The notes under the pieces were generated by a model that ran no database searches, was not told the origin of the DNA, and saw only the letters and a list, made by a program, of their open reading frames with translations. The position numbers and the translations under genes are program-made. Of a stretch of 43,918 bases of DNA, positions 1-11,301 are shown in pieces. This stretch comes from Perkinsus chesapeaki ATCC PRA-425 (Eukaryota > Protista > Perkinsozoa), in NCBI GenBank assembly GCA_013115145.1, contig JAAPAO010000277.1:1-43918 (forward strand), read 5' to 3'. Positions within the stretch are counted from its first letter, which is position 1. The number at the start of each line of letters is the position of its first letter.

Positions 1-474
1 TCCGCCAACTGGCCGCAGGTAGCGGCACGGGACCCTCGATCTCCCTCCAATCTCCCACACTCAGCGGTTTTACAATAACTGATTGGGGCGATTTTGTGCA
101 TAAAGAGAAAATCTCAAATTGTTTTCGAGCGAAAGGTCCACGGTGGAGAGTTGAGATGTCGGATTCCGATAGTTAAGTTTGAGCCCGAGTCCGATAGGAC
201 TATCATAATATGACTTAGCGCTCGCTTTGACGACTCGAACACAGGAGAGTCCAATCTATAGGTTACGAAATGTGATCAGAAAAACGGCTGACCCATAACC
301 AGATAGCTCTCGTCGTTTCGTATGAAATCGTTCTTCGAGGCACCCGAGAGCAATTGGTCTTCGGGCTCCCGTGGATGCATGTTCCGTGTCTTGTGACTAC
401 GATCCGTTAGCTGGCCGCTAGTACCAGCACATGACCCTCGAACTCCCTCCAATCTCCCACACTCAGCCGTTTTA
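1..474. repeat. Imperfect 72-bp direct repeat (1-72 and 403-474), spacing 402 bp
   Basis: Manual alignment gives 11 mismatches in 72 nt, with core ctccctccaatctcccacactcagc identical. The first copy is at the window edge. Confidence 0.85.
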
Positions 475-1991
475 TTGGCTATATCTCCCGAAGAGCGGAG
501 TAGCCGGCGAACTTCGCCGTTGAAGGAAGGACTTCCGTCGGGGATGGCTCCCTACTTTGGTATAGGGGATGTGATGAATGCACCTAATCGAGATGCGCTA
601 CTAGTTTGTGTCGGGGCCAGTCCCCGAAAATCCTCACGAAGTAGAGCTATGACGTGACGCGCACTCTCTCTCGAGGGGCGCCTATGGGAGAACACGCGCT
701 GAATCTGTACAGTAGGGAGTAGTACAGACTGCACTACTCCCTTATGCGCAGGGCGCTGTTATGTGACTCGGTGGGCAATCATTGTAGCGTAAGTGACTAT
801 GTGCATGCGTAATTTGTTGGTGGAGGCTCTGTAACAAATAGGTAGTACCTATCAGGTAGTGTTTTCTGGTCGATTCAGGCTTCGGCTGTGAAGCTAAAAG
901 CCTCTGTAAAGGCCCGAGATACCACGACTTGAGGTTTTACAAAACCGAGAGGCTTTCGCCCCTGAATTCTCATGTTGCCGCTCTGAGTTGCTGACTCAAG
1001 GAAAATGGCTCCAAAAACGAAGTCAATTCCTAAACTTTGGCACATCCAAAGCATTGTAGTAGACGTGCATCTTGTATCAGTTTAGCTATAGTATAATCGT
1101 ACTAACTCTTAGACAGTGTAGAGGACTCAGAACGGGTCTTTTCGCACAGTCCATCGCATCTCAAATGTTCATTATTCGATACGTGACTGCTATAACTGGA
1201 CGACGTATTGCATGTTGAGGTCTCCCGACCACTACAGGGCTTGGAGTAGAGGTTTTTTAAGCCATTCGACTACGCGAATCGGCGCTAATGGCCACGGTAG
1301 ACATGGAATCGCGAAAGCAATAGAGAAAGCTTTCCGTCAAGAAACCGGTCCAACTGATGATGCTATTTAGTGGTATGTGAGGCATGACTCGGCCTGAAAT
1401 GGCTCGTGCCCGGCGCTCAAACCCGAGTTCGAGACGCCTTCTCTGTCCTTGGTGATAGCAATGTTTTTATCGACTTTAGTATTTCGTGCATGTTGGTCGA
1501 CGCTGGGAACTTGCCAGTGGCGGAAGCCCACATATGGCGCCGCTCCAAGAGGAGCATGCACCTTAGATCGGGGAATTCGTTAAGGATTTCTTTTCCCTCA
1601 AGTATTACTCCATTTAAAGGCCTTTGTGTGGGGGCGACTAGGTGTCATGGTCTAGGAACCACCCGATGACCATGCTTGTGTCAAGTGGTGTGATCTGCAT
1701 TAAAGCGAACAGCTCGGACTGAATGGTGCAGGTAATATCAATAGGATATTATCAACCATGTCACGAGCTGGACATCCCCCATTGTGGATTTCCGTCATTC
1801 GAGCGAGAAAGATGACAATCAAAGCTCGGATGCATTACCGACACTAACTCTCACCATGAGGTTCTTATAGAGAAGCGTGGCATCTCTCCGATGCGCATGC
1901 GTGCGTGACCGAGAGGCGGACACGTCTAGATTTTACTTCGAAACACTTCGTGTGCCGAATATTTATTTGTTGGCAGTAAAGACAGCGCGCC

Positions 1992-3566
1992 ATGCCAACC
2001 TCCCCTCTTCCCTACCGTCGTATCGAATGTGTTGATTGCCACTGTGGTGGTGAGCCTGCCAGAATTGTCATCGCCGGAGTCAGAGACCCAACTGAGCCCG
2101 GGTAACTGCATGGTTATTTTCCTCGAAGGAGGATGAGTTAATTTGTCTCAGAACGACCGTTTATGAGAAAATGGAATATTTTCAGTCCAACGAGGATGGT
2201 CTGAGGAAATTGCTCTTACAAGAACCGAGAGGCTATCCGTGCCAGAACGCAGATCTAATCGTTTCGCCAAAAGATCCAAAAGACGCTTCCTTCGGGTGCT
2301 CCTTCATTGCTTCCTTGCGCAATGCTGAGATTCTGCATTTCGTATCTTAGGTATATAATTATGGAGCAAGGAGAATATCCACCAATGTCTGGACATAACA
2401 CTATTTGTAGGAGTTCAACTCAATTACAGAAATGATTCTCAGCAGGTACCGCCACTGCACTACTTGAGACGGGCTTGGTGCCGATTCAAGTGCCGGTAAC
2501 AAGGTTCAGTTTGGAAGCTCCGGCTGGTATTATAGAAATAGAAGCGCAATGTTCAGAGAGGAAGGCTGACTCAATAACCTTCACAAACGTCCCAGCATTT
2601 GTTGTTCATGATAATGCTGAAGTTCAAGTAAGATGGAGACGGGACCAATCTCAAAGCGGGTCTCGAAAATCTGTCGATCCGAAAAGGTTGCAGACTGGAG
2701 CTCGCAGACCCCAATATCGGTATTCATTTTCAGGTCCCCAATATCGGAACGGTCCTCGTATCTGTGGTTTTCAGTGGTAGGTGGTTTGCACTTGTTGATG
2801 AAGTTGACAGCAAGCACGGAATAGCTATCGAACCTCAAAACGGGAAGAAGCTTTGTCGGTTCGGTGAATGCGTCAAACAGGCTGCCCGCGAACAGGTGCA
2901 CCCATACATCGCTGCTTCACTCCAGGCCTTGAGAATAGTTACCAGTAGTGCATCCCGACAATCCCGGAATACATTCCGTATCTCTTATCGTACTTCGGTC
3001 AAGTTCCAGAACCAAGGCTGCTGTTGTGATGCCAAATGGGAAATTCAGCTGGGAGGAGCCTGAGACTTGGACTGGTATGCTCGACCGAAGCCCATGCGGA
3101 ACTGGCACCAGTGCTGTTATGGCCTTGGAGCACTCTAGGTGAGCTGCTGCTATTTCAAGTCATTACTTGGAATACTTCTTCAGGGGACTCCTTCAGGTAG
3201 GAGAAACATTCGTACACAGTGGGATTCTAGGAACAAGCTTCGAGGGCGTGTTGAAGTCCCAAACTAAAGTAAGCACTTCATCTGACGATCAGGTCCTGAC
3301 CCAACCTGCTATCGCTAAGAACTTTGCAATGCAACGAGTGGTTTTCGATGAGTTACTCATCATTGTATTTCCCCAGCAATCTGTTCATACACAGAATTAC
3401 TGATGAGCATGATCATCTTGTTTGTTTCTGTCAGGTTGGGCCCTTTACAGCAGTTGTCCCTTGCATAACTGGTCAAGCTTGGATCACGGGCTATAATACT
3501 TTAGTGGTTGACCCGTCTGACCCACTCAGTGGTGGTTTTACTGTTGGTGACATATGGTCCTCATGA
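1992..3566 (+). CDS. Proline racemase / hydroxyproline epimerase family protein (multi-exon), Ser/Cys type
   Basis: Spliced exons give MPTSPLPYRRIECVDCHCGGEPARIVIAG, LRKLLLQEPRGY, GYIIMEQGEYPPMSGHNTIC, FTNVPAFV, MLDRSPCGTGTSA and ITGQAWITG...DPSDPLSGGF. These are hallmark motifs of the family, joined by GT-AG introns. Confidence 0.93.
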
Positions 3567-4082
3567 ATCACGATAATGACTCATTATTAAGTCATGATCT
3601 ATTTCGCATCATCTATGATGCTCTTCGTTGTTATTTGGCGAACCTCTCTTCATTTCCGCATCCATTCGCTTCCGAGGCGCACTTGTTCAATGATGTGTAC
3701 CTTCTGTTGTAGCTATCTATTGTTGTATCAATACGTATATGCTGCGGCGCTAATACGCCACAGTAGTTCTGTGTTGACTGGGGTACTTACATGCTTATAG
3801 CATCTGCGCCATTATGGCGCCGCCATTGTCGCTACGATAATGATCGATTAAATTATAGCTCACTAATTGTACGCACTTGTAGTGCATTTTTCCCCATCTG
3901 GTGGTTTGTGTTCTCAATGAGCTTCGCAGCCGTTAGGGGGGTGGCCCCCATGTTCGAGTCGAATACTCGGACGTAGAGCGATAAACCAACGACTTGTAAC
4001 TTAGAAGTTGCCAATCACAGATGTGTAGTTCGTCCCGCGCGTCCAACATATTAGATTTAAATTTGAAGCAGGCGTCATCTTT

Positions 4083-4460
4083 GTCAGTGTACGAAATCAG
4101 ATGGCGGATGAGATGGAAGTGTATGATGTTTCGGTGTATGAAGTTGAAGTGCAAGTACACTGATTACTCAAGCATTCCTCCAATGAGTTTGCGCTGTTCA
4201 TGTCACAAAGCTGGCTTTCTTCGTTTAGCTTCTGTTCACTCACCACGACACTGCTACTTCTTCCCCTCAGTCATGCAACACAACCCGCTACGGTTGTGTT
4301 GCGTTATTCCATAAGATACAGTGTATGATTTCAGAGACTCGGTGAGACTGAAGCTCTGAAAGTATATGAAATTGTTGCAGTGTACAATCATTTAGTGTAT
4401 GACTTACGAGTTGCGCTGTGTGTACGGAGTGCAAGTGTATGGTACCGAAGTGTATGATTA
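4083..4460. repeat. Degenerate cluster of GTGTATGA-like octamers
   Basis: About eight variants seen (gtgtatgat, gtgtatgaa, gtatatgaa, gtgtacaat, gtgtatgac, gtgtatggt) at irregular spacing. Confidence 0.5.
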
Positions 4461-4939
4461 GCCTGAATGATGAGACTCTCATCCTTAGATACCCAGAGGC
4501 AAGGGAAAGACCCGTGCTGTTATATCTGCTGGAAGTTGCGACGTTGTTCGGCACATGTAGGACACCCCTTCCACCGCTGTAACTTACTGTAAGTTCAATG
4601 ACGAAGGTAACGTCATTGCAGTCGATACCGGCGCTGACTACAGTCCTCCAAATGAACTTAATTAATATATCAGTAACTAGGCATGAAACGGTTACAATAT
4701 TTTGATAAGTGGGTTTGAACTACCATATGCATAACATATCCGAAAATGAGCACTAAACTCGTTCCCGTTGTGAAGTAATGATATTATTTCAAAATATTCT
4801 AAGTTTATTTGGAGGACTGTATTCCCTGATGTGCGTTTCTCTCATCGTCCCTAGGCATTGTGGTGCAGCAAAATGGACCTATTGTAAGCCTCTACAGCAT
4901 CGACAGCGTCGGTGCGAGCCGGGCCGCTTATCTCCCAGC

Positions 4940-5011
4940 GCTTGGATCACGGGCTATAATTCTTTGGTGGTTGACGCATCTGACCCACTCAGTTTTGACA
5001 TGATCTATTTC
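4940..5011 (+). pseudogene. Duplicated 3' fragment of the proline-racemase-family gene
   Basis: gcttggatcacgggctataattctttggtggttgacgcatctgacccactcagt matches 3477-3530 (AWITGYNSLVVDASDPLS vs AWITGYNTLVVDPSDPLS). It is followed by catgatctatttc, matching the 3' flank near 3593. Confidence 0.85.
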
Positions 5012-5184
5012 CTATCATTCGCGGTGTTCCTGAGTTTCCAACGTGACTACACAAAGGTACAAGTCACCGCAGCATCATTCTGTAGCGAACATGCCTTTCA
5101 TACGCCTGTGCTCCCTGCCTTGCACAGAAACACTTCGGCCATCCGTACTCCTTCCAACCGCTCATTGAACCAAAGTTGGCGACG

Positions 5185-6833
5185 CTACTGGAAAAGTTCA
5201 TCAAAGTAATCACCGAATTCATTAGCTCTCTTCTCCTCCCCAGTCGCCACCGCTCCCTGGCCGTCATTCCGCCACATACGCTCTTCAAGTACCTCAATCG
5301 AACTCATCAATGGCAACCCGATGATGCTGCTGCCTCGCACCACCCAACACACCTTCAAGGCTTCCTTGTCATTCTCATCTATGTCATCAGCACTCTCGTT
5401 GCCATCCACCAGTTCTTCTTTTATTCGGCCATCTGACAGTCGCGAGCTTCCACTACTGTACACAAACTGCTCAAGCTTACCCTCGTTTGAGAGATCAACG
5501 ACATCCCCTCTATCGGCAGTAGTCTCCCCGGCATCAACCACAGACTCATCCTTTTTAATCCTGAATTCTTTCCCTTTCCTTTTAGCTTTCTTGATCGACC
5601 TCCAGTTTAACTTGATGCTGCACGGATAACACAATCGTACCTACCGGAAATCCCATAAAATCCAACTGTCATCCGCCCAGCGAGACAACAAAAATAACGA
5701 TAGCCGACAATAGACGTCGTCTATTTTCGATGATCGAAAAGTGTTCCTAATGCGGAGATAGTATTGAAGCTTTGATCGGGAATATGTTCCTAAAGCGAAA
5801 GGTACGTCAAATGCATTCCTTCTCGGAATACCCGATGTTACTCTATCACACCACCGGAATACCGAGACTCACTGTTAATGTTCACAGTACTTCCAGAATC
5901 GATGCCCGAATAGTTCCATGTCGTGAATATTACTTTCACAAGCTCTCGTCTATGTTCTCCATGTTCCTTATAAGCAAAATCAACCTCAAATGTCCTCAGC
6001 TGTTGCGTGGAGGTACATCTCATATTAGCGCACCTACATAATACCACTGCCAGCGCTCGTCGTCGATCGGCGGATAGTCGGATTCGCTCTCAACCCTATT
6101 ACCTCATTTGCCCTTTCCCTTGAAGCATCTCCTGCTCAGTTTGCCAACGGAAACCTATTTGGTTTTTTCTATATCCTTTCAGATCACAAATAACGTATTC
6201 GTGATACAATCGATCATAATACCTACCAATGACACATCACCAGGCACTCCCCCTCCACCTCACTCTTTCGCCAATTGATTCGCCCATGACTCATCTGCAT
6301 CATCGTCTGGGTCCCGTACGAATCTATGCTTTGACCTCAATGCCGCGTAGTCACTAAGGGGCCGTCGATGATGCTAATCACATGCCGAGGCGTTGAAGGA
6401 GGAGGAGCCTAATCGACCCACCACGTACGCTGCTTTCCGATTGAGCTGTCGATTGCTGCCTATTCCTGGAGGATAATGCGATACTCATCATGGCCTGGTG
6501 CCTGATAATTATTATATACTAATGGGCATATGTGCTGCTTACCTTTGATGAACTGTCATCCCTCTTATCTCATCTCGTGTCACCAAACGGCCGTAGTCTC
6601 TCTGAGCGTCTTGGTACCTGCTTCAATGCTTCACTGCGGGGAAATGCGATTAATACAATTGTCGAATGAAGCCGGAAATCTATACCGTAGTATTCCAGTG
6701 ATTCTCACCTGAGCCGGTCCGTTGCTGTATACCTGTCCCTAACACTACTGCTGTTAACATGAACCCTTCGACTATCGTCATTATTGCCCCTTTGCGGACC
6801 ATAAGGCGCTGATCGATGGTGATACGATGACAT
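5185..6833 (-). CDS. FRA10AC1: FRA10AC1 homolog (spliceosome-associated protein), multi-exon
   Basis: Spliced minus-strand exons read KHRFVRD...ESWANQLAKE, YYDRLYHEYVICDLKGYRKNQIGFRWQTEQEMLQGKGQMRCANMRC...LRTFEVDFAYKEHGEHRRELVK|VRLCYPCSIKLNW, ending EFGDYFDELFQ*. This parallels the animal protein (YYDKLFKEYCIADL...GFRWR.EKEV..GKGQF.C.N...LVKLRLCQECSIKLN...FDEYFQDLFL). Confidence 0.92.
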
Positions 6834-7183
6834 TCAAACCTCGCAACCCTACAGGCACACTAATGATTTTTTTGTGAGTCGAGGCGGAGCGAAGCGATTC
6901 ACGAAGGGGCAATTTGTGTTGTTGAGATCCCGCGAGAAAGTTTCGACGTTTGGTATCGAAATCGGTCGATGATTTTGCTTATACGTGCTTAATAAGATTC
7001 CCAATTTAATAGAAAATATATTCGTCCATTCGGTGTGACGGTGGCTCCTGGGAGCGCTGTCACCCTAAGATTCCTCTTGTCACGTCGCATTTGGGGTATC
7101 TTAGGTCAGCCAGAGTAAGATACAATATAGGTCAAGTTTCTGTCTGTAGTTGTATCTATTCCACTAGTGATTGATGCCACCCC

Positions 7184-9489
7184 ATGACATCCCCCTTCTT
7201 GTCGGCCAAAACAGGTAGTCCCCTCCTCACCTCATCAGTCCTCCTCCACTTGCACCTTATTAGATATCGCCTTGGCACCCGATTAGGAGGAGGAAGCTTT
7301 GGTACTGTCTATGCTTGCACTGATACCAGTAATAAGGGACTTTATAGAGGGCCACTGTATCGGCCATATTTTCACGCGCGGTAATGTCATTAATCACTCC
7401 TTATTGTCGGTTAAGCAAAATGAATCCTCCTTAATATTCTGTAATGAGATAACCGTCCCCCCTGTATGTATCTATCCTTGTCCGGCAGTTGTGATGTGAA
7501 TGGATTATATGGCAACAGTAGGGCTGTGCCGCGTCAAATTAGAAACAACAAGAAGAATGGTACTACGTATCAGTCCTCCGTTATTGTTTTCCTGAAACAT
7601 ATTTTATATTAATAAATATAATCAATCCTCGCTATACGACATCCCTGTCAAATTGCATCACCAACGTCGTAATAAATTCATTGGCCATCCCCCAGATCCT
7701 TTCTTCAGGCATGTAGGTGATGCCTATGGACACTTCGCCGCATAATGTTCGCTAACGCACCGCGTGTGATTTGTTTTCTCGCTCTGCTTTTCTACATAGA
7801 GTATCTTTTCTTCAGTTACCGGTCAACAACTAGCAGCTAAGTTAGAGCCGGTCGATTGTAAACACCCTCAGCTTTTGTATGAAGCAAAACTCTATCGTTT
7901 GTTATCTGATGACCGTCAAACTGGAATCCCTAACGCGTAGGCCCCCTCCCCCTCCTCATCGCATTATTAGTGTCATAGGTTCTGGTTTGGCGTTGAAGGT
8001 GGTTATAACATATTTGTAATGGAAAGACTTGGCCCGAGTCTTGAGGACATATTCACGTAATAAACTCACTTTCATATCGCCCGCGCTCGTATTAGTAGTT
8101 CGGATCAGCTCTATGATGTCAATTAGGAACGCACTCTCGAATGTTGTAAAATAAACGGTCGTAAATTTTCCCTTTCGGTAGGTACTGCAGCAAGCGGTTG
8201 TCTGTTAAGACCTGTAGCCTTTTGGGAGAACAAATGATATCTCGTATTGAGTATTGCCATAGTCGCTCCTTCATCCATAGGGATATCAAACCGGACAATT
8301 TTATGATCGGCAGCGGAGACAACGCTGGCATTGTGTATCTCATCGATTTCGGCTTGGCCAAGAGGTTTTGGGAAGCAACCTCGTCGGGGATGGGCGGGCA
8401 TCACATTCGGTATAAAGAAAACAAGAATCTTACTGGTGAGTTCTGATGGTATCTTGGCTTTTGCTGCTGTTGATTAGTGGTGCTACAGGTACTGCTCGAT
8501 ATGCTTCAATTAATACTCATTTGGGGATAGAGCAATCCAGAAGAGATGATCTTGAAGCTCTTGGATACGTTCTTATTTACTTCATGAAAGGGGGCTTGCC
8601 GTGGCAGGTAATAATAGTGATAAGGCGTATAACAGTGTGTCTATAAATTTTTATAATACTTTATTACGTTATCACGTAGGACACTAAGTACCTTGGTATC
8701 TAGTACTCAACTTGATTTTAAGTGTAACAATAGAACGATCTATATTATATTATTTGAATCTATCCTGTAGTATTCGCCACTCAAGATGCTCACTACCATG
8801 CTCGCTACTCGGCATTTACTCTAGGTATTCCAATAGGAAGGAGAATAATGATAATCTTATTTACGTAATTCGGTTTTGTTGAAGATCTGCAGAGGCTTGT
8901 CTCCATGAACGTGACCTCTTGCAAAAAGTTGCGTATGCATATTACTAGATCTCAAATTTGCCCCGTACAACTTCTTCCGTTTGCTTCGATGGGATAGGTT
9001 AATCGGCCTCTCAAGCATTTATTATGTCTGGTTGAGGATAGAGTTGGGCCTCTTGCTCATCGTCTCGGTTTGTGTCAGGGTCTACAAGCTCGGACCAAAC
9101 AGGAGAAATATTCCAAGATAACGAAGTCCAAGTTGAGCCATCGAGTCGACAGTCTCTGCCAAGGTTTGCCGCCCGAGTTTGCCGATTACTTGAAGAGGGT
9201 GCGAGGTCTCAAGTTTGACGAGCAACCAAAATACGAAGAATTGAGGGGGCTCATGACAGCAGCTTTAGTAGGAATGGATATACAGTGGCTGGGATTCGAA
9301 CTCGTATCCTCTCGGATAGAAGGCAGGCGACTTAACGGCTACACCATCCCTTCTTAGGTTCGATCGGCTCACCCATCCGATGAGGAGCATTTAGATTGTA
9401 AAATAATGAAGAACTTGCAATATCAAAGAGATCAGTTCGAGCGAGAGAAGCGTGCCGGTGCCCTCACCCCTCCTGGATACTATCGCTGA
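7184..9489 (+). CDS. CK1: Casein kinase 1 family Ser/Thr kinase, multi-exon
   Basis: [86 protein letters not shown] and LPWQGL are CK1-diagnostic. Confidence 0.97.
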
Positions 9490-11301
9490 TGGCCGAAGCC
9501 GCCGCCGCCGCCGGGCATTACCGAAAACCAACTCTGCATTTTACCTCAGCCGCAGCCGCCGCAGTACACAGTTTAATCAGCGACTCGAGTGAAGCTCTGT
9601 TGATTGAGCTAGCTCTTTCGAAAGCTCCACCGTCATTTGTTCGGTCTGTTACAATTGTTGTTGTAGTTGCATCGCTTGTATGTCGTCGGTGCACAATCAT
9701 TTCTATTGTACATCACTTAATTGCTCCTCCTGAAAATAATACCATTCACGATACTCGTTATTATTCGATAAATTTTTCTACCCAGTTCATCACGGTTTGT
9801 ATTGTTAGTTTTCAGCGTCCCCGCCTTCCCGAGTCGCAAACACCTTTTGAGAACTTGCATCTCATTCTTCACACCGCCAAGCTATCACTCCATAAATAGT
9901 GTCAGTCTCAAACCCTCAAAGCTCAGAGCACCTTGCCCAATGACACAATCTGAATGTTACGAGGAGAGCCTTGTTAGAACTCAACAGTTATCTTTATAAC
10001 GGGAGACTCGCAAAACTCGAGTCTGTCACAGGGAAAAAATTCGCCCGCTGTCGAGCTGAGAATAAGCATTGCTAAATCATTAACGTACTTGTATAGGAGT
10101 TGCTCTGTTCGGTTGAAAACGTACCGTCACGAAATGTTAGGTGAAGTAGTGAATGGGTATAGTGTCATGGCTTCGATAAACCCGAGCAGAGAACGGCGGA
10201 AGCGATGTAAAGAAGGTTCGAGGATAAGGGTCACAAACGCAACGACTGTCAAGAAGTCTCGAAACTCTTTTTTTTCATTAAACAGTAGGCAAGGTATTTC
10301 AATGATAATAATAATGTCTGCTATTAACTACCGAATGAAGCAGCACGAACGACTTTAGAGGAACACTTTAGTAGACTACTGAACACGACGCGTCGTCGAC
10401 CACTGATTTGGCAGTAGCAAGAAGGCGTTGTTATTAATCTTTGATAATACTGTCGCAAAGTAACTACTCATCTTGATAGTAACCATAGAAACATTAGTAA
10501 TATCGACGATTTAGCGAGTATTAACTTTATTACTGTTATTTATTGGTGAGTGAGATTTACAGTGAGTTAGAACAACTCATTCTAGTACTAATCCGACCAT
10601 GAGAAACAACATTTGCCATCTACTTGATCGGCTGAATACGATTATTCAGCTTATCATCATTTAGGCAAAAAGAAGGAAAGGGGCCGTCTCGGTACAGTAC
10701 GTTCCGAGAGACTGCTCTTATTATTATAGTGTTAATAATCCCGATAGAAGAGAAATAGCAACAGTTATTTGCTATATAGTAGCCCATCGTAACAACAGTA
10801 GAGCGGGAGCGATGGGGATATTAGATAACAAACCTTCTGCTGAATGCTGGGCACTTAGGCGACAGCAATAGCACAGGTGGAAATGAATCACGGTAAAAAT
10901 AAGACATTATTATTAACATGATTGCTGACTATTGAAAAAAGGATATACAGAGTATAACACACCAAGACGGGATTAATAAGTTGATGGCCGGGCCATAGAA
11001 TCAGTGGTCGTCGTCGGCAACGGGCAGAAGACGTACTTATAAAAAGAAGAAGTAAAAAAGCAAGCAATGAATATATAATAAACAACAACAGCAAAAACAG
11101 CAGCAATGGGCCAATACAATATTGCCATGAACACGGCGTAAGACGGTAATAGAGGTAACTTAACATACGTGGGCGGCTCACGATGTAATAATAATCAAAC
11201 GTCGTCATTCCATCACCAACAACATAGGAGGAGGAAGATATTTACATTCTCCTTCTTCTTGAGCGAGGCGGCGGTCATAACTATCATATTAACTTAGCTT
11301 C

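Noticed and set aside
990-1015. GGAAAATGGCTCC as a relic spliced leader (reverse complement of the dinoflagellate/Perkinsus SL)
   Set aside because: Only about 9 nt match, which is expected by chance. I saw no convincing SL relic upstream of the intronless genes either.
475-1900. Short ORFs in the first 2 kb
   Set aside because: No recognisable motifs or consistent exon chain; they may be degraded repeat DNA.
9489-9899. 136-aa [13 protein letters not shown]…
   Set aside because: It begins at the CK1 stop, is driven by GCC repeats and shows no family motif, so it is most likely 3' UTR.
10888-11208. 106-aa hydrophobic minus-strand ORF
   Set aside because: Low-complexity T-rich sequence immediately 3' of transporter copy 1; probably UTR.
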